DNA from: Alphaproteobacteria bacterium
GTDB lineage: Bacteria > Pseudomonadota > Alphaproteobacteria > GCA-2731375
Direction: 5' to 3'
Assembly (NCBI GenBank): GCA_965225945.1
Contig: CBDDBZ010000037.1
Span: 256,001 to 320,000 of the forward strand
Length of the DNA: 64,000 nucleotides
The notes under the pieces are model-generated. The model did no database searches. It was not told the DNA's origin and worked only from the letters and a program-made list of their open reading frames with translations. The position numbers and the translations under genes are program-made. Of this stretch, positions 20,889 through 30,595 are shown one piece after another (position 1 is the stretch's first letter; the number at the start of each line of letters is the position of its first letter).

Positions 20889-22304
20889 GGTGAAGTCCTA
20901 GACTTGCTGGGAATTTGGTAGGAGGTGCATCCTTCGAGGTGTCGATTCCCACCCGGGCATGGCTGCGCGCCAGCCCAGCACAGGAGGCACCTCCATGACG
21001 AAGAGACTACCCGGAAGCGAGCGCACGCGTGAAGCCTTGAACGACCTGATCGAAGGGCGCGCCCGCGTGGTCGACGCGAAGAGTGAATTGGTGCGGTTGG
21101 CGACGCGGTTGATCATCGAGGAAGGCTTGGAGGCCGAGGTGCGCGACGCCCTGGGCCGGGACTATTACGAGCACGGTTCCGAGCCTGGCCGAGGTTACCG
21201 GAACGGTTCGCGCGAAGGTCATCTGAAGACGGCCGAGGGGCGGATCAGGTATGCGGCGCCGCAGGTCGCCGGGACGGACGAACCGTTCCGTTCGGATCTG
21301 CGAGCGCAGCTGAAGGGTCATTCCGAGGGCCTGGAGGATTTAGCCGTGGAGATGCTGGCGCGCGGTCTCTCGGTGCGCGACATCGAAGATGCCTTCAGGG
21401 AAGAAAGTGGGCGCTTGCTGCTGTCGCGCACGGCGGTCTCGGAGATGGGGGAGCGGCTCTGGGCGGACTACCTCGGCTTCGCCAAGCGCGACCTTAGCGA
21501 GTTCGAGATCGCCTACCTCTTCGTCGACGGCATCGCCGAGCGGCTGCGGGCCGGGCAGAGGCGAGAGCCGGTGCTGGCGGCCTGGGGCTTCACGCTCGAG
21601 GGCAAGAAGGTTCTCCTGCATCTGATGGCGGGCTCGAAGGAGGACAACGAGACCGTCTCCGCGTTCTTCCAGGACATGCGCAGCCGAGGCCTGGGCGATC
21701 CTCTCCTGATCGCCTCCGACGGCGCGCCTGGCATTATCAAGGCGATCGAGATTTGTTTTCCCAGGAGCGCGCGCCAACGCTGCCTCGCGCACCGGATGAG
21801 GAACTTGGCGGCGAAGGTGCCCGAGGATCTCTGGCCGGAGTTCAAGGCCCGCGCCCAAGCGGCCTACCAGGCCCCCTCGCGCGCCATCGCCCGCGATCTG
21901 GCCGAGGGCGTGGTGCGTGACTGGGAGCGCGAGCTGCCCTCGGCGGTGGCCTGTTTCCTGGATGATTTCGAGGCCTGCATCGCGCACCTGCGCATGCCGG
22001 TCAATCACCGCCGGGCGATCCGCACCACCAACCTGCTGGAGAGATTGTTCGGGGAGGAGCGCCGGCGCTTGAAGATCATCCCCAACGCCTTCGGCGAAAA
22101 GGCGGTACTGAAGCTCATGTTCGGTGCCATGAGCCGCGCCGCCGAGCGATGGAAAGCAGTCAAGGTCACCGTCTTCGAGCGGCGCCAGATGGACGCCGTC
22201 AGGAAGGAACTCGATCAGGAATACCAAGCCCAGCTGGAACTACCAGAACAGGCCTCGACGGAGGCAACCCCGGAGAAAATTCCCAGCAGAATCCGGACTT
22301 GACC
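20889..22304 (+). mobile_element. IS256 type A, copy 2 (transposase 20959-22302)
   Basis: Near-identical to copy 1; 9-bp TSD CATCCGGGC. Confidence 0.96.
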
Positions 22305-22744
22305 CATCCGGGCGGAGGGTTGACAGACTGCTACGCATCGGTTCACCCATAACAATGGACAACAACGTATCTGAGGATGTTGGACTGTGCAAATGAAATT
22401 TTAACCTTCGATCATTTGGTCTGTCCATTTTGATTAATTTTGCAACAGTCCCGCAGGAGAGATCAAAGTCATTCGCTGATTCGAGCGTGGATTTTCTTTT
22501 ATCCTATTGTTTTAACAGAATAAAACAAAAGCAAGGGTATGCTGGGTGGACACGTTCCCTGCCGGCGGCGAAAGCGCTTGGAAATAAACGTCCAGGCGAA
22601 AATAAACACAGTCAAGCGATGATCGGAAATTTTTTGCCTGGACTGTAGAATCTCTGTCCGATCTGGACAGATAAGGACGATCGACCCTATATTGTGGCTG
22701 AAGACTCGTGACCGTCCAGATGCTGTGAGGGTGTCGGAAGGTGG

Positions 22745-23257
22745 CTATGAATCGGCGCCATCGTCGGCGCGGCGCGCGGCCAAGGCCTGATCCTCGATAG
22801 CGATGCGATGGGCCAGCAGCGCCGCGTTCATCACGCTGAACACCAGCGCCACGCCCCAGGCCCCGAAGGCGAGCGGCAGGACGGCGATTTCCGCCGCGAC
22901 CACCAGGTAGTTGGGGTGGCGAAGCCAGCGATAGGGTCCATGGCGCACCAGCGGCGCGTCGGGGAGCGTGACGATCCGCGTCGTCCAATAGGCGCCGAGG
23001 CTGGCGATGACCCACACGCGCAGCCCCTGGAGGAGGCCGAAGACGCCCAGTAGGTACGCCGCGTTCGGCTCCCCCGCGCCCCGAAGTGCCAGTGCCACCA
23101 GCCATGCCGCGTGCAGGGCGAGGAGCAGCGGGTAGTGTCCGGCGCCGACCTCGCGACCACCCCGCGCCAACAGGCGGCGGACGTTGCGGGCCGACAGCGC
23201 GAGCTCGGCCACGCGTAGCGCCACCACGGCCGCCAGGATCAAATGGAGTGTCGACAT
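22745..23257 (-). CDS. Isoprenylcysteine carboxyl methyltransferase family protein (BpsB/SrsB-like)
   Basis: LGAYWTTRI and GPYRWLRHPNYLVV motifs; overlaps the PKS stop. Confidence 0.92.
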   Translation of the reverse strand: MSTLHLILAAVVALRVAELALSARNVRRLLARGGREVGAGHYPLLLALHAAWLVALALRGAGEPNAAYLLGVFGLLQGLRVWVIASLGAYWTTRIVTLPDAPLVRHGPYRWLRHPNYLVVAAEIAVLPLAFGAWGVALVFSVMNAALLAHRIAIEDQALAARRADDGADS

Positions 23258-24315
23258 GTCCCCGGCGCCGCCTCCAGGATCGCGAAGGCCACCGTGAAGC
23301 CGGGCCCGAGGCTGCTCACGAGGTAGCGCTTGGCCCTGGCGTCGGCCACATCGAGCGCGCGCTGGGCGACGAACAGCACCGTCGCGGCGCTCATGTTGCC
23401 GAAGCGGCGCAGGATGTCGCGGGAATAAGCGAGCGCGCCCGGCTCGAGCTCGAGCACCGCCTCCAAGGCCTCCACCACCTTGGCGCCGCCCGGATGGACC
23501 AGGAAGTCGTCGATGTCGGCGCGGCAAAGTCCATGGCGGGCGAGAAATTCGTCGATCGCCGTGCCCATGGAAGCGCGAACGATGTTCGGGATATCGCGCG
23601 AGAAGACCACGGCGAGACCGTCCTCGCGGACCTTCCAGCCCATGACGTCGAGCGTCGCGGGCCAGGTATGCTCGCCCCAGTGGGTGAGCGCGGGACCGTC
23701 GAGCCCGGTGCCGATCACCGCGGCGGCGGCGCCGTCGCCAAAGAGCGCGGTGGCGATGACATTGCTCTTCGAGCGATCGTTCCAGCGGAAGGTGAGGCCG
23801 CAAAGCTCGACCACCAGCAGCAGGACCCTCGTTCCCGGCTCGGCCCGCGCCAGGCTCGCGGCGCGGCCGAGGCCGAGGGTGCCGCCCGCGCAACCGAGGC
23901 CGAAGACGGGGAGCCGCGTCACGTCGCGGCGGAACGCCATCCGCTCCATCAGCCGCACGTCGAGCGTCGGCGTGGCGATCCCGGACGAGGAGATCGTGAC
24001 GATGGCGTCGATCTCCCCCGCCCTCAGGCCCGCACTCGCGATGGCGCGACCCGCCGCCTGTTCCAACAGCTCGACGGCGTTCTCGACATAGAGGCGGTTG
24101 CGTTCCTCGAAGCCGTGCGGGCGCAGATACCACTCGAGCGGAACGCAGGAATACCGGGTCTCGATTTCGGCGTTGGCGTAGACCGGCGCCAATCTCGCGA
24201 AGTCGGAAAAATCGCCGCCGAAGAGCTCCCCCGCCGAGCGCGCGACCTCGGACTGGCGCAAGATGTGCCGAGGCGTCGCGGTGGCGATCGCCGCGATGCG
24301 GGGCAACATTGACAT
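23239..24315 (-). CDS. Type III polyketide synthase
   Basis: Cys-His-Asn triad GLGCAGG, HPGG, GNMS; GPGF loop; GGAGA RBS. Confidence 0.95.
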   Translation of the reverse strand: MSMLPRIAAIATATPRHILRQSEVARSAGELFGGDFSDFARLAPVYANAEIETRYSCVPLEWYLRPHGFEERNRLYVENAVELLEQAAGRAIASAGLRAGEIDAIVTISSSGIATPTLDVRLMERMAFRRDVTRLPVFGLGCAGGTLGLGRAASLARAEPGTRVLLLVVELCGLTFRWNDRSKSNVIATALFGDGAAAAVIGTGLDGPALTHWGEHTWPATLDVMGWKVREDGLAVVFSRDIPNIVRASMGTAIDEFLARHGLCRADIDDFLVHPGGAKVVEALEAVLELEPGALAYSRDILRRFGNMSAATVLFVAQRALDVADARAKRYLVSSLGPGFTVAFAILEAAPGTCRHSI

Positions 24316-24533
24316 CACCCGGTCTCCCGTGATCCATGGGGCTTCGATGGCCGGAACCCTCGCCGGCTCGTCTCGAAATCGACACGGGCCCGCCCTCGGC
24401 GCAAGGTACGTTCCCGAGAGTCGTGTCACCGCCCGTGAACTTCGGGGCCGGCCGGGGGGTGGCAATGCGCGTGCCAATCATCACATAGGTGGCGTGGGCG
24501 GTACCGACCCGCGAGAGAAAGAGCCTCACGGAG

Positions 24534-25334
24534 ATGGATGAGAACGAAACCGAGCCAGCGGACGACGACCTCCCTCCGAGCCTGATCCCCACGCAAGTGA
24601 TCGCGCCGGCGAGCAAGGCCAGCCTGCTGTCGCGACTGCGGACCTATCTCATCGCCGGCATCATCGTGACCGCGCCGATCGCGATCACGGTCTATCTGAC
24701 CGTGATCATCGTGCAGTTCGTCGACGCCCAGATCGTGCCGCTGATCCCGCCGATCTACAATCCCGAGACCTACCTGCCTTTCTCCATTCCCGGCCTCGGC
24801 ATCCTGGTGGTGCTGATCGTATTGATATTCATCGGCTTCGTCGCGGCGAACTTCTTCGGCCGCTACCTGATCCGCACGGGCGAGCGCATCATCGATCGCA
24901 TGCCGGTGGTGCGCAGCGTCTACAACGCGCTGAAACAGATCGCCGAAACCGTGGCGCGGCAGTCGTCGAACGCCTTCCGCCAGGTCGTGCTGGTCGAATA
25001 TCCGAGAAAGGGCGTGTGGGCGCTCGCCTTCCTCACCAGCGAGGCGAAGGGCGAGGTCCGGCGCCGAGCGGAGCGGGATTTGATCAGCGTCTTCCTGCCG
25101 ACGACGCCCAACCCCACGTCCGGCTTTCTGCTCCTGGTGCCGCGCGAGGATCTGATCATGCTGGAGATGACGGTCGAGGAGGCGGCGAAGATGATCATCT
25201 CGGCCGGCGTGGTCATTCCGCCCGATCGGGGCGCGGCGCCCATGGTGGCGCCGATCCAGCTCTCCTCGCACTTCGCCGAGCGCCAGCCCGAGGTCTCGGC
25301 GGACTCGGAGCAACGGCGCGACGGTGCCGAATAG
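24534..25334 (+). CDS. DUF502 domain membrane protein
   Basis: VLVEYPRKG and FLPTTPNPTSGF motifs; usual neighbour of recG in Alphaproteobacteria. Confidence 0.92.
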   Translation: MDENETEPADDDLPPSLIPTQVIAPASKASLLSRLRTYLIAGIIVTAPIAITVYLTVIIVQFVDAQIVPLIPPIYNPETYLPFSIPGLGILVVLIVLIFIGFVAANFFGRYLIRTGERIIDRMPVVRSVYNALKQIAETVARQSSNAFRQVVLVEYPRKGVWALAFLTSEAKGEVRRRAERDLISVFLPTTPNPTSGFLLLVPREDLIMLEMTVEEAAKMIISAGVVIPPDRGAAPMVAPIQLSSHFAERQPEVSADSEQRRDGAE

Positions 25335-25630
25335 CGCATGATCCGCTCATGCGATTCGGAGAAAAGGAAAAGGGGTCATTCTACTTTTTAGTCCGTTCTG
25401 CCGAATAAAGTACAATGACCCCTTTTTCTTTTCAGCTCTCCTCGCACTTCGCCGAGCGCCAGCCCGAGGTCTCGGCGGATTCGGAAAAAGGGGTCATTCT
25501 GCTTTTTGGTCCGTTCCGCCGAATAAAGTACAATGACCCTTTTCTCCTTTTCTCCGAGCGGCGGCCCGAGGTCTCGGCGGACTCGGAGCAACGGTGCGAC
25601 GGTGCCGAATAGCGCATGATCCGCTCATGC
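25257..25630. repeat. Two ~70-bp palindromic elements interleaved with three partial copies of the DUF502 3' end
   Basis: AAAAGGGGTCATT...AATGACCC(C)TTTT at 25361-25433 and 25484-25552; duplicated blocks 25257-25352, 25433-25485 and 25554-25630. Confidence 0.9.
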
Positions 25631-25638
25631 TCTAGCCT

Positions 25639-27720
25639 TCAACCCGAGCCCAGATAGGCGATCGCGGCGTCGCGCTCGAAGAGATAGAGCAGGACGCGAA
25701 GCGCGCGCCCTCGAGTCGAGGCCAGCGTCGGGTCGGTCTCCATCACCAGGCGCGCGTCGTCCCGGGCGATCGCCATCAGGTCCTGATGAAAGGCGATGTC
25801 GGCCAGGCGAAAGGCGGGAAGGCCGCTCTGCCGCGTGCCGAGCAGTTCGCCCGCGCCACGCAGCCTCAGATCTTCCTCCGAGATGCGGAAGCCGTCGTCG
25901 CTCTCGCGCAGAATCGCGATGCGCGCCCGCGCCGTCTCCCCCAGCGGCTCGGCGTAGAGCAGGAGGCAGGTCCCGGGCCGCTCGCCCCGCCCGACCCGGC
26001 CTCGAAGCTGGTGCATCTGCGCCAGGCCGAAACGCTCGGCGTGCTCCAGCACCATGATCGTCGCATCCCTGACGTCGACGCCGACCTCGATGACCGTCGT
26101 CGCCACCAGCACGTCGATCTCGCCGGCGCGGAAGGCTTCCATCACCCGGTCCCTCTCGGGCCCGCGCATGCGACCGTGGACCAGGCCGACCCCCTCGCCG
26201 AGCGTGGCCACGAGGGCGGCGTGGCGCTCTTCGGCCGCGGCCACGTCGAGAGCCTCCGATTCCGCCACCAGCGGGCACACCCAATAGACCCGATCACCCC
26301 GGGCCCGGGCCCGGGTGAGGCCGGCGACGACCTCCTCGAGGCGCGAGAGGGGGAGCGCGCGGGTGTCGATCGCCGCGCGGCCCGGCGGCTTCTCGTCCAG
26401 ACGCGAGACGTCCATGTCGCCGTAGGCGGTCATGGTGAGGGTTCTGGGAATCGGCGTCGCGGTCATTACCAGGACGTCGGCATTGGCACCCTTTTCGCCC
26501 AGCAGAAGCCGTTGATGGACGCCGAAACGATGCTGCTCGTCGATCACGACGAAGCCGAGGTCGCGGAAGGCGACATCATCTTGGAACAGCGCGTGGGTGC
26601 CGATGGCGATTTGCCCGGCGCCGCTCGCGAGCCGGCCCAGGGTCCCGCTTCGCGCCTTGCCCTTGTCGCGGCCGGTCAGCAGCTCGGCCCGGAGGTCCAG
26701 GCCGGCGAGGAGAGGCGCGATGACGCCGTGGTGCTGGCGCGCCAGGATCTCCGTCGGCGCCATGATCGCGGCCTGGGCGCCGGCCTCCACCGCGGTCAGC
26801 ATCGCGGCGAGCGCGACCACGGTCTTGCCGCTGCCGACGTCGCCCTGCAGCAGGCGCAGCATCCGGTCCGGCCCCCGCATATCGGCCAGAATCTCGGCGA
26901 TCGCACGTTCCTGCGCCCCGGTCATGACGTAGGGCAGGGTCTCGCGCAGGCGGGCGAGGAGGGCGCCGTCGCCGGCCAAAACCCGGCCCTTGCGCCGCCG
27001 CGCCGCCGCGCGGACCAGCATCAGGGCCAGCTGGTTGGCGAGTAGCTCGTCATAGGCCAGGCGCTGGCGAACCGGCGCCTCGGGCGCCAACTGGGCGAGC
27101 TCGTCGGGCGCGTGGGCGGCGAGCAGCGCTTGCTTCCAGCCGACCCAGCCGCGCCGCGTCTTGAACTCGGAGTCGAGCCATTCCGGCAGTTCCGGTAGCT
27201 CCGCCAGCGCGCCTTGCACCGCGCGTGCCAGGGGCCGCGGAGTCAGGCCCGTGGTCGAGGCATAGACCGGCTCGACCAGCGGCAGGTCCGCCGCTTCCTC
27301 TGGTCGGACGATGTGGTCGGGATGGGCCATCTGTGGCGTCCCCTGGAACATCTGCACCGTGCCGCTGACGACGCGGGTTTGGCCCTCCGGTAGGGTACGG
27401 GCCAGGTAATCGCCCTTGGCGTGGAAGAAGACGAGGGTGATGACGCCGCTTTGGTCGCGACAGAGCACGCGATGGGGCAGCCGGGCGTTCCGAGAGGGGC
27501 GGTGTTCCACCACCTCGAGGGTGAGCGTGGCGATGACGCCTTCGCGCGCCTCGGCGACCGTCGGGCGGTAGCGTCGATCGACGATGCCTTTCGGGAGCTG
27601 CCAGCAGAGGTCGACCAAGCGCCCGCCGGCGGCGGTTTCGATCAGTTTGGCCGTCCGCTGGCCCACGCCCTTCAGCGAGATCACCGGCCGGAACAGGGGA
27701 AACAGGATGTCGGGGCGCAT
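25639..27720 (-). CDS. recG: ATP-dependent DNA helicase RecG
   Basis: MRPDILFPLF start; QGDVGSGKT, DEQHRFG, MTATPIPRTL and HQLRGRVGRG motifs. Confidence 0.98.
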   Translation of the reverse strand: MRPDILFPLFRPVISLKGVGQRTAKLIETAAGGRLVDLCWQLPKGIVDRRYRPTVAEAREGVIATLTLEVVEHRPSRNARLPHRVLCRDQSGVITLVFFHAKGDYLARTLPEGQTRVVSGTVQMFQGTPQMAHPDHIVRPEEAADLPLVEPVYASTTGLTPRPLARAVQGALAELPELPEWLDSEFKTRRGWVGWKQALLAAHAPDELAQLAPEAPVRQRLAYDELLANQLALMLVRAAARRRKGRVLAGDGALLARLRETLPYVMTGAQERAIAEILADMRGPDRMLRLLQGDVGSGKTVVALAAMLTAVEAGAQAAIMAPTEILARQHHGVIAPLLAGLDLRAELLTGRDKGKARSGTLGRLASGAGQIAIGTHALFQDDVAFRDLGFVVIDEQHRFGVHQRLLLGEKGANADVLVMTATPIPRTLTMTAYGDMDVSRLDEKPPGRAAIDTRALPLSRLEEVVAGLTRARARGDRVYWVCPLVAESEALDVAAAEERHAALVATLGEGVGLVHGRMRGPERDRVMEAFRAGEIDVLVATTVIEVGVDVRDATIMVLEHAERFGLAQMHQLRGRVGRGERPGTCLLLYAEPLGETARARIAILRESDDGFRISEEDLRLRGAGELLGTRQSGLPAFRLADIAFHQDLMAIARDDARLVMETDPTLASTRGRALRVLLYLFERDAAIAYLGSG

Positions 27721-27834
27721 CGGCTGCCCAGTGCGGCTGCCCAGTTCGAGGCGACGATTTCGGCGGCGTGTCGGCCCGACGGCTGACAGCCCGCCGACCA
27801 AAGGCTATACCCCGTTCACCCGGCGGAGGGAAGG

Positions 27835-28125
27835 ATGGGCGAGGATTTGGAGCTCAGGCGCAGGCGGCTCGCGTACCGCAGCAAGCATCGCGGCACCAAA
27901 GAGCTGGATCTGCTGCTCGGCGTCTTCGCGGAGCGCCAGCTCGAGCTCATGAGCGGGCGCGAACTGGAGCTCTACGAGGCGATCCTGGAAGCCGACGAGG
28001 TGGAGATCTACGCCTGGCTGATCGGGCGCGAGGCCGTGCCGCCGGCCCACGACAACGACGTGATGCGCCGTCTGCTCAGCTTCGATTTCCCCCGGGCGCT
28101 GTTGAAACGGATCGGCTCGCTTTAG
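27835..28125 (+). CDS. sdhE: Succinate dehydrogenase assembly factor 2
   Basis: RSKHRGTKELDLLL (RGxxE) motif; divergent from recG. Confidence 0.93.
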   Translation: MGEDLELRRRRLAYRSKHRGTKELDLLLGVFAERQLELMSGRELELYEAILEADEVEIYAWLIGREAVPPAHDNDVMRRLLSFDFPRALLKRIGSL

Positions 28126-28952
28126 TGATTTCTAGCTTGCTCGATGTTGGTCACTTGCCTTCCAGATAGATTGAAGGTCAAGGACGCCCAGTGGCTCGAC
28201 CAGACCACGGGTTGGTTTTCGACGGGCAACAGGAGAACCGCGTTCAGGAGATAGTCGCCGTCACCCAATATGGCTATGACGGCTCTGCCATCTGCGTCGG
28301 TTTTCACGCTGGTCCGCGTCACGCCGCCATCGTCGCGAAAGATATTGATTTGTCGCCCGGCCATCGGAGCGCCTCGCCAGATCAGCCTGACCGGTAAGGC
28401 TTCGATGTTCGGGTCGTAGGGGTTCGCGTCGGCCACGAGTTCCAGCCGCATGCCGACCACCGCATCGCGGTCGTCCTCCCGAATGTCGCCGACCTGTACC
28501 AGCGCCTTGGCATATCTCGTATAGCGTTCCGCGAACCCCGTTTCCGGCAGGCCGCGTTCGCGATGACGCGCGGCCAAATGATCGAGCCCCTCTTCGGAAA
28601 GGTACCTCCGGAAGAGCGACCAGTCGTCATAAACGACGCGGAACGCGATCGTGTGATGGCTGATGACGTGCAATCCAGACCCGATCGGCGCTTGCGCCAG
28701 GGCGGGAAGATCGCCCTCGTTCCCCACCACCCGTTGTTCCTTGCCATGGAGGCCGATGGTGAATTTTCGGAACCGCTTCGAGAGATAGGGATGGGACACC
28801 CCCTCGAGCATGCGACCGACCTTGAGGTCCGCCCTGATCTCTTCGCCCGGGCCGACCCTGCCCCGCTCCAGACTCATCCAGAATTCATGGGCGAGGGCCG
28901 GCGAGCCGACCGCGAAGGCGGCCACGAGTACGACGATATTTGCCATTATCAT
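28122..28952 (-). CDS. DUF4198 domain exported protein
   Basis: Signal peptide ending ALA-HEFW; ERYTRYAKAL, TDADG and SHWASLTF motifs; start uncertain. Confidence 0.85.
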   Translation of the reverse strand: MIMANIVVLVAAFAVGSPALAHEFWMSLERGRVGPGEEIRADLKVGRMLEGVSHPYLSKRFRKFTIGLHGKEQRVVGNEGDLPALAQAPIGSGLHVISHHTIAFRVVYDDWSLFRRYLSEEGLDHLAARHRERGLPETGFAERYTRYAKALVQVGDIREDDRDAVVGMRLELVADANPYDPNIEALPVRLIWRGAPMAGRQINIFRDDGGVTRTSVKTDADGRAVIAILGDGDYLLNAVLLLPVENQPVVWSSHWASLTFNLSGRQVTNIEQARNH

Positions 28953-29304
28953 GCGAGACGGTGCCACGGCAATTTCTCCGAGTTTGATCGACTCCTTCAT
29001 GGATACGAAACCGAGCGCCGTTTCGGATGCATTTGAAATAACCGGCGATATCAAAATAATGTGACCGATCCTTTTTTCGAATATGAAACCAGAGTTGGAT
29101 GGCCTGCGTTGTTCTGGTTGTATGACGCACAATGAGGTGGATCCTGGTTTATCCGAATCAATTCAGCACGCCGATCTCGAATAGCGCTTCGTTCTATACA
29201 CGAGCGTTTCCGTTGGGAGCAGTCGTCGGCCGGCTCGTTTGTTTCACCAAGCCAACGCTCCATCTGCGGTATATCGATCAACCCTAACGGAGAAGGAGAC
29301 CATC

Positions 29305-29571
29305 ATGCGTTTCGACATCAAGTTGCCCGTCGCGGCCGTGACCATCGTTCTGGCCCTCGGCGCCTCCTCGACGGCCTTCGCCAAGGCGCACGACCAGGGC
29401 GTCGCCGACGGCACTTTCCCCACGAGCACGTCCGGGGAAATTCAGGCCATCGGAGGGCAGGGCGTGTCGTCGGTCGTGAACGACGGGACGTTCAGCGACG
29501 CCAAGTCGGCGGCCGGTGGCGACAACGCCGTCGAGCCGGTCGTGGGGAATGGCGCCAACGAGCCCGACTAA
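29305..29571 (+). CDS. Small secreted hypothetical protein
   Basis: AAGGAG RBS; signal peptide ending AFA; followed by a hairpin. Confidence 0.75.
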   Translation: MRFDIKLPVAAVTIVLALGASSTAFAKAHDQGVADGTFPTSTSGEIQAIGGQGVSSVVNDGTFSDAKSAAGGDNAVEPVVGNGANEPD

Positions 29572-29621
29572 TCGGGTTCGCTCCGCCGGCGACGTCATTC
29601 CGGCGGCCACCTCACAGACGA

Positions 29622-29653
29622 GAAAGGCCGGGCGCCGAGCGCGTCCGGCCTTT
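29622..29653 (+). terminator. Intrinsic terminator-like hairpin
   Basis: AAAGGCCGGGCGC-cga-GCGCGTCCGGCCTTT. Confidence 0.6.
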
Positions 29654-30595
29654 CGCTGCGTGTTTGCCGATCCTATGAGCGATCATCCCAGACTCGACAC
29701 CTCAATCGTGGCAATAGAGCTGGTGCATCGACGTTTGAGCTTTCTTATTATCGACAAACGTCATAAAACCAGGATTGCTGAAATCATCTCGATCTAGGCG
29801 GCGGCGCTTATCAACAACAGGCAGCCGTCTCGACTCGACGCGGTCGGATGATCGGAACGGGGCAGGCCGACATGGTAGTCTCCCGCCCGCAGCTCATGGC
29901 GGCCGAACGACAAACCTTCCGGTAGCGTAACGATCCGGGCAGACGAGAGCAACATCGGCGCTTGCGGTGACGTCGTGACTCATGGGGTCATGCGGATCCT
30001 ACGAACGCTTCCTGCTAGTCGCTTCGAAGCGCCGTCGCGGGAAGTAATCCGGCCGCTCTTCGCGCCGGGTAAAAGCCGAAAACGAGCCCGATCACGGTGG
30101 AAAAGGCCAGCGCGGCGGCGACCGTCGAGGGGTCGATCAGGACCGGCCAGTCGGTGATCCCGGAGATCAGCCAGGAGGCGCCGCCTCCCGCCGCGACGCC
30201 GATCAGCCCGCCCACGACACAGATCAGCAGCGCCTCGGTCAAGAACAGCCGACTGATATGCCCGCGCGTCGCGCCCAGAGCCAGCCGGAGGCCGATCTCA
30301 CGGGTTTGCTCAGCGACGGACACCAGCATGATGTTCATGATGCTGATGCCGCCGACCACCAAGGAAATCGAGGCGATGGCGGCCAGAAGCCAGCCGATCG
30401 TGCGGCTGGAGCGTCGCTGGGCGGCCATCGCCGCCGCCGGATCGCTCACCCGAAAGCCCGCGGGCGCTCCGGCGGGAACGTGATGACGCGCGCGAAGCAG
30501 GCTCTCCACGCGGTCTCTCGCATGAGTGACGAGATCGCCCGATCCGGCCTTGGCGAGAATGTAGGACACGGAATCGGGTGTGATGCCTCGGCTCG

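Noticed and set aside
25324-25336. GTGCCGAATAGCG resembling the cyclase right end
   Set aside because: It is the DUF502 stop region (GAE*), with a gap and no upstream similarity.
25257-25630. Possible mini CRISPR array
   Set aside because: Only two ~70-bp palindromes; the spacers are copies of the adjacent gene end; no cas genes in the window.
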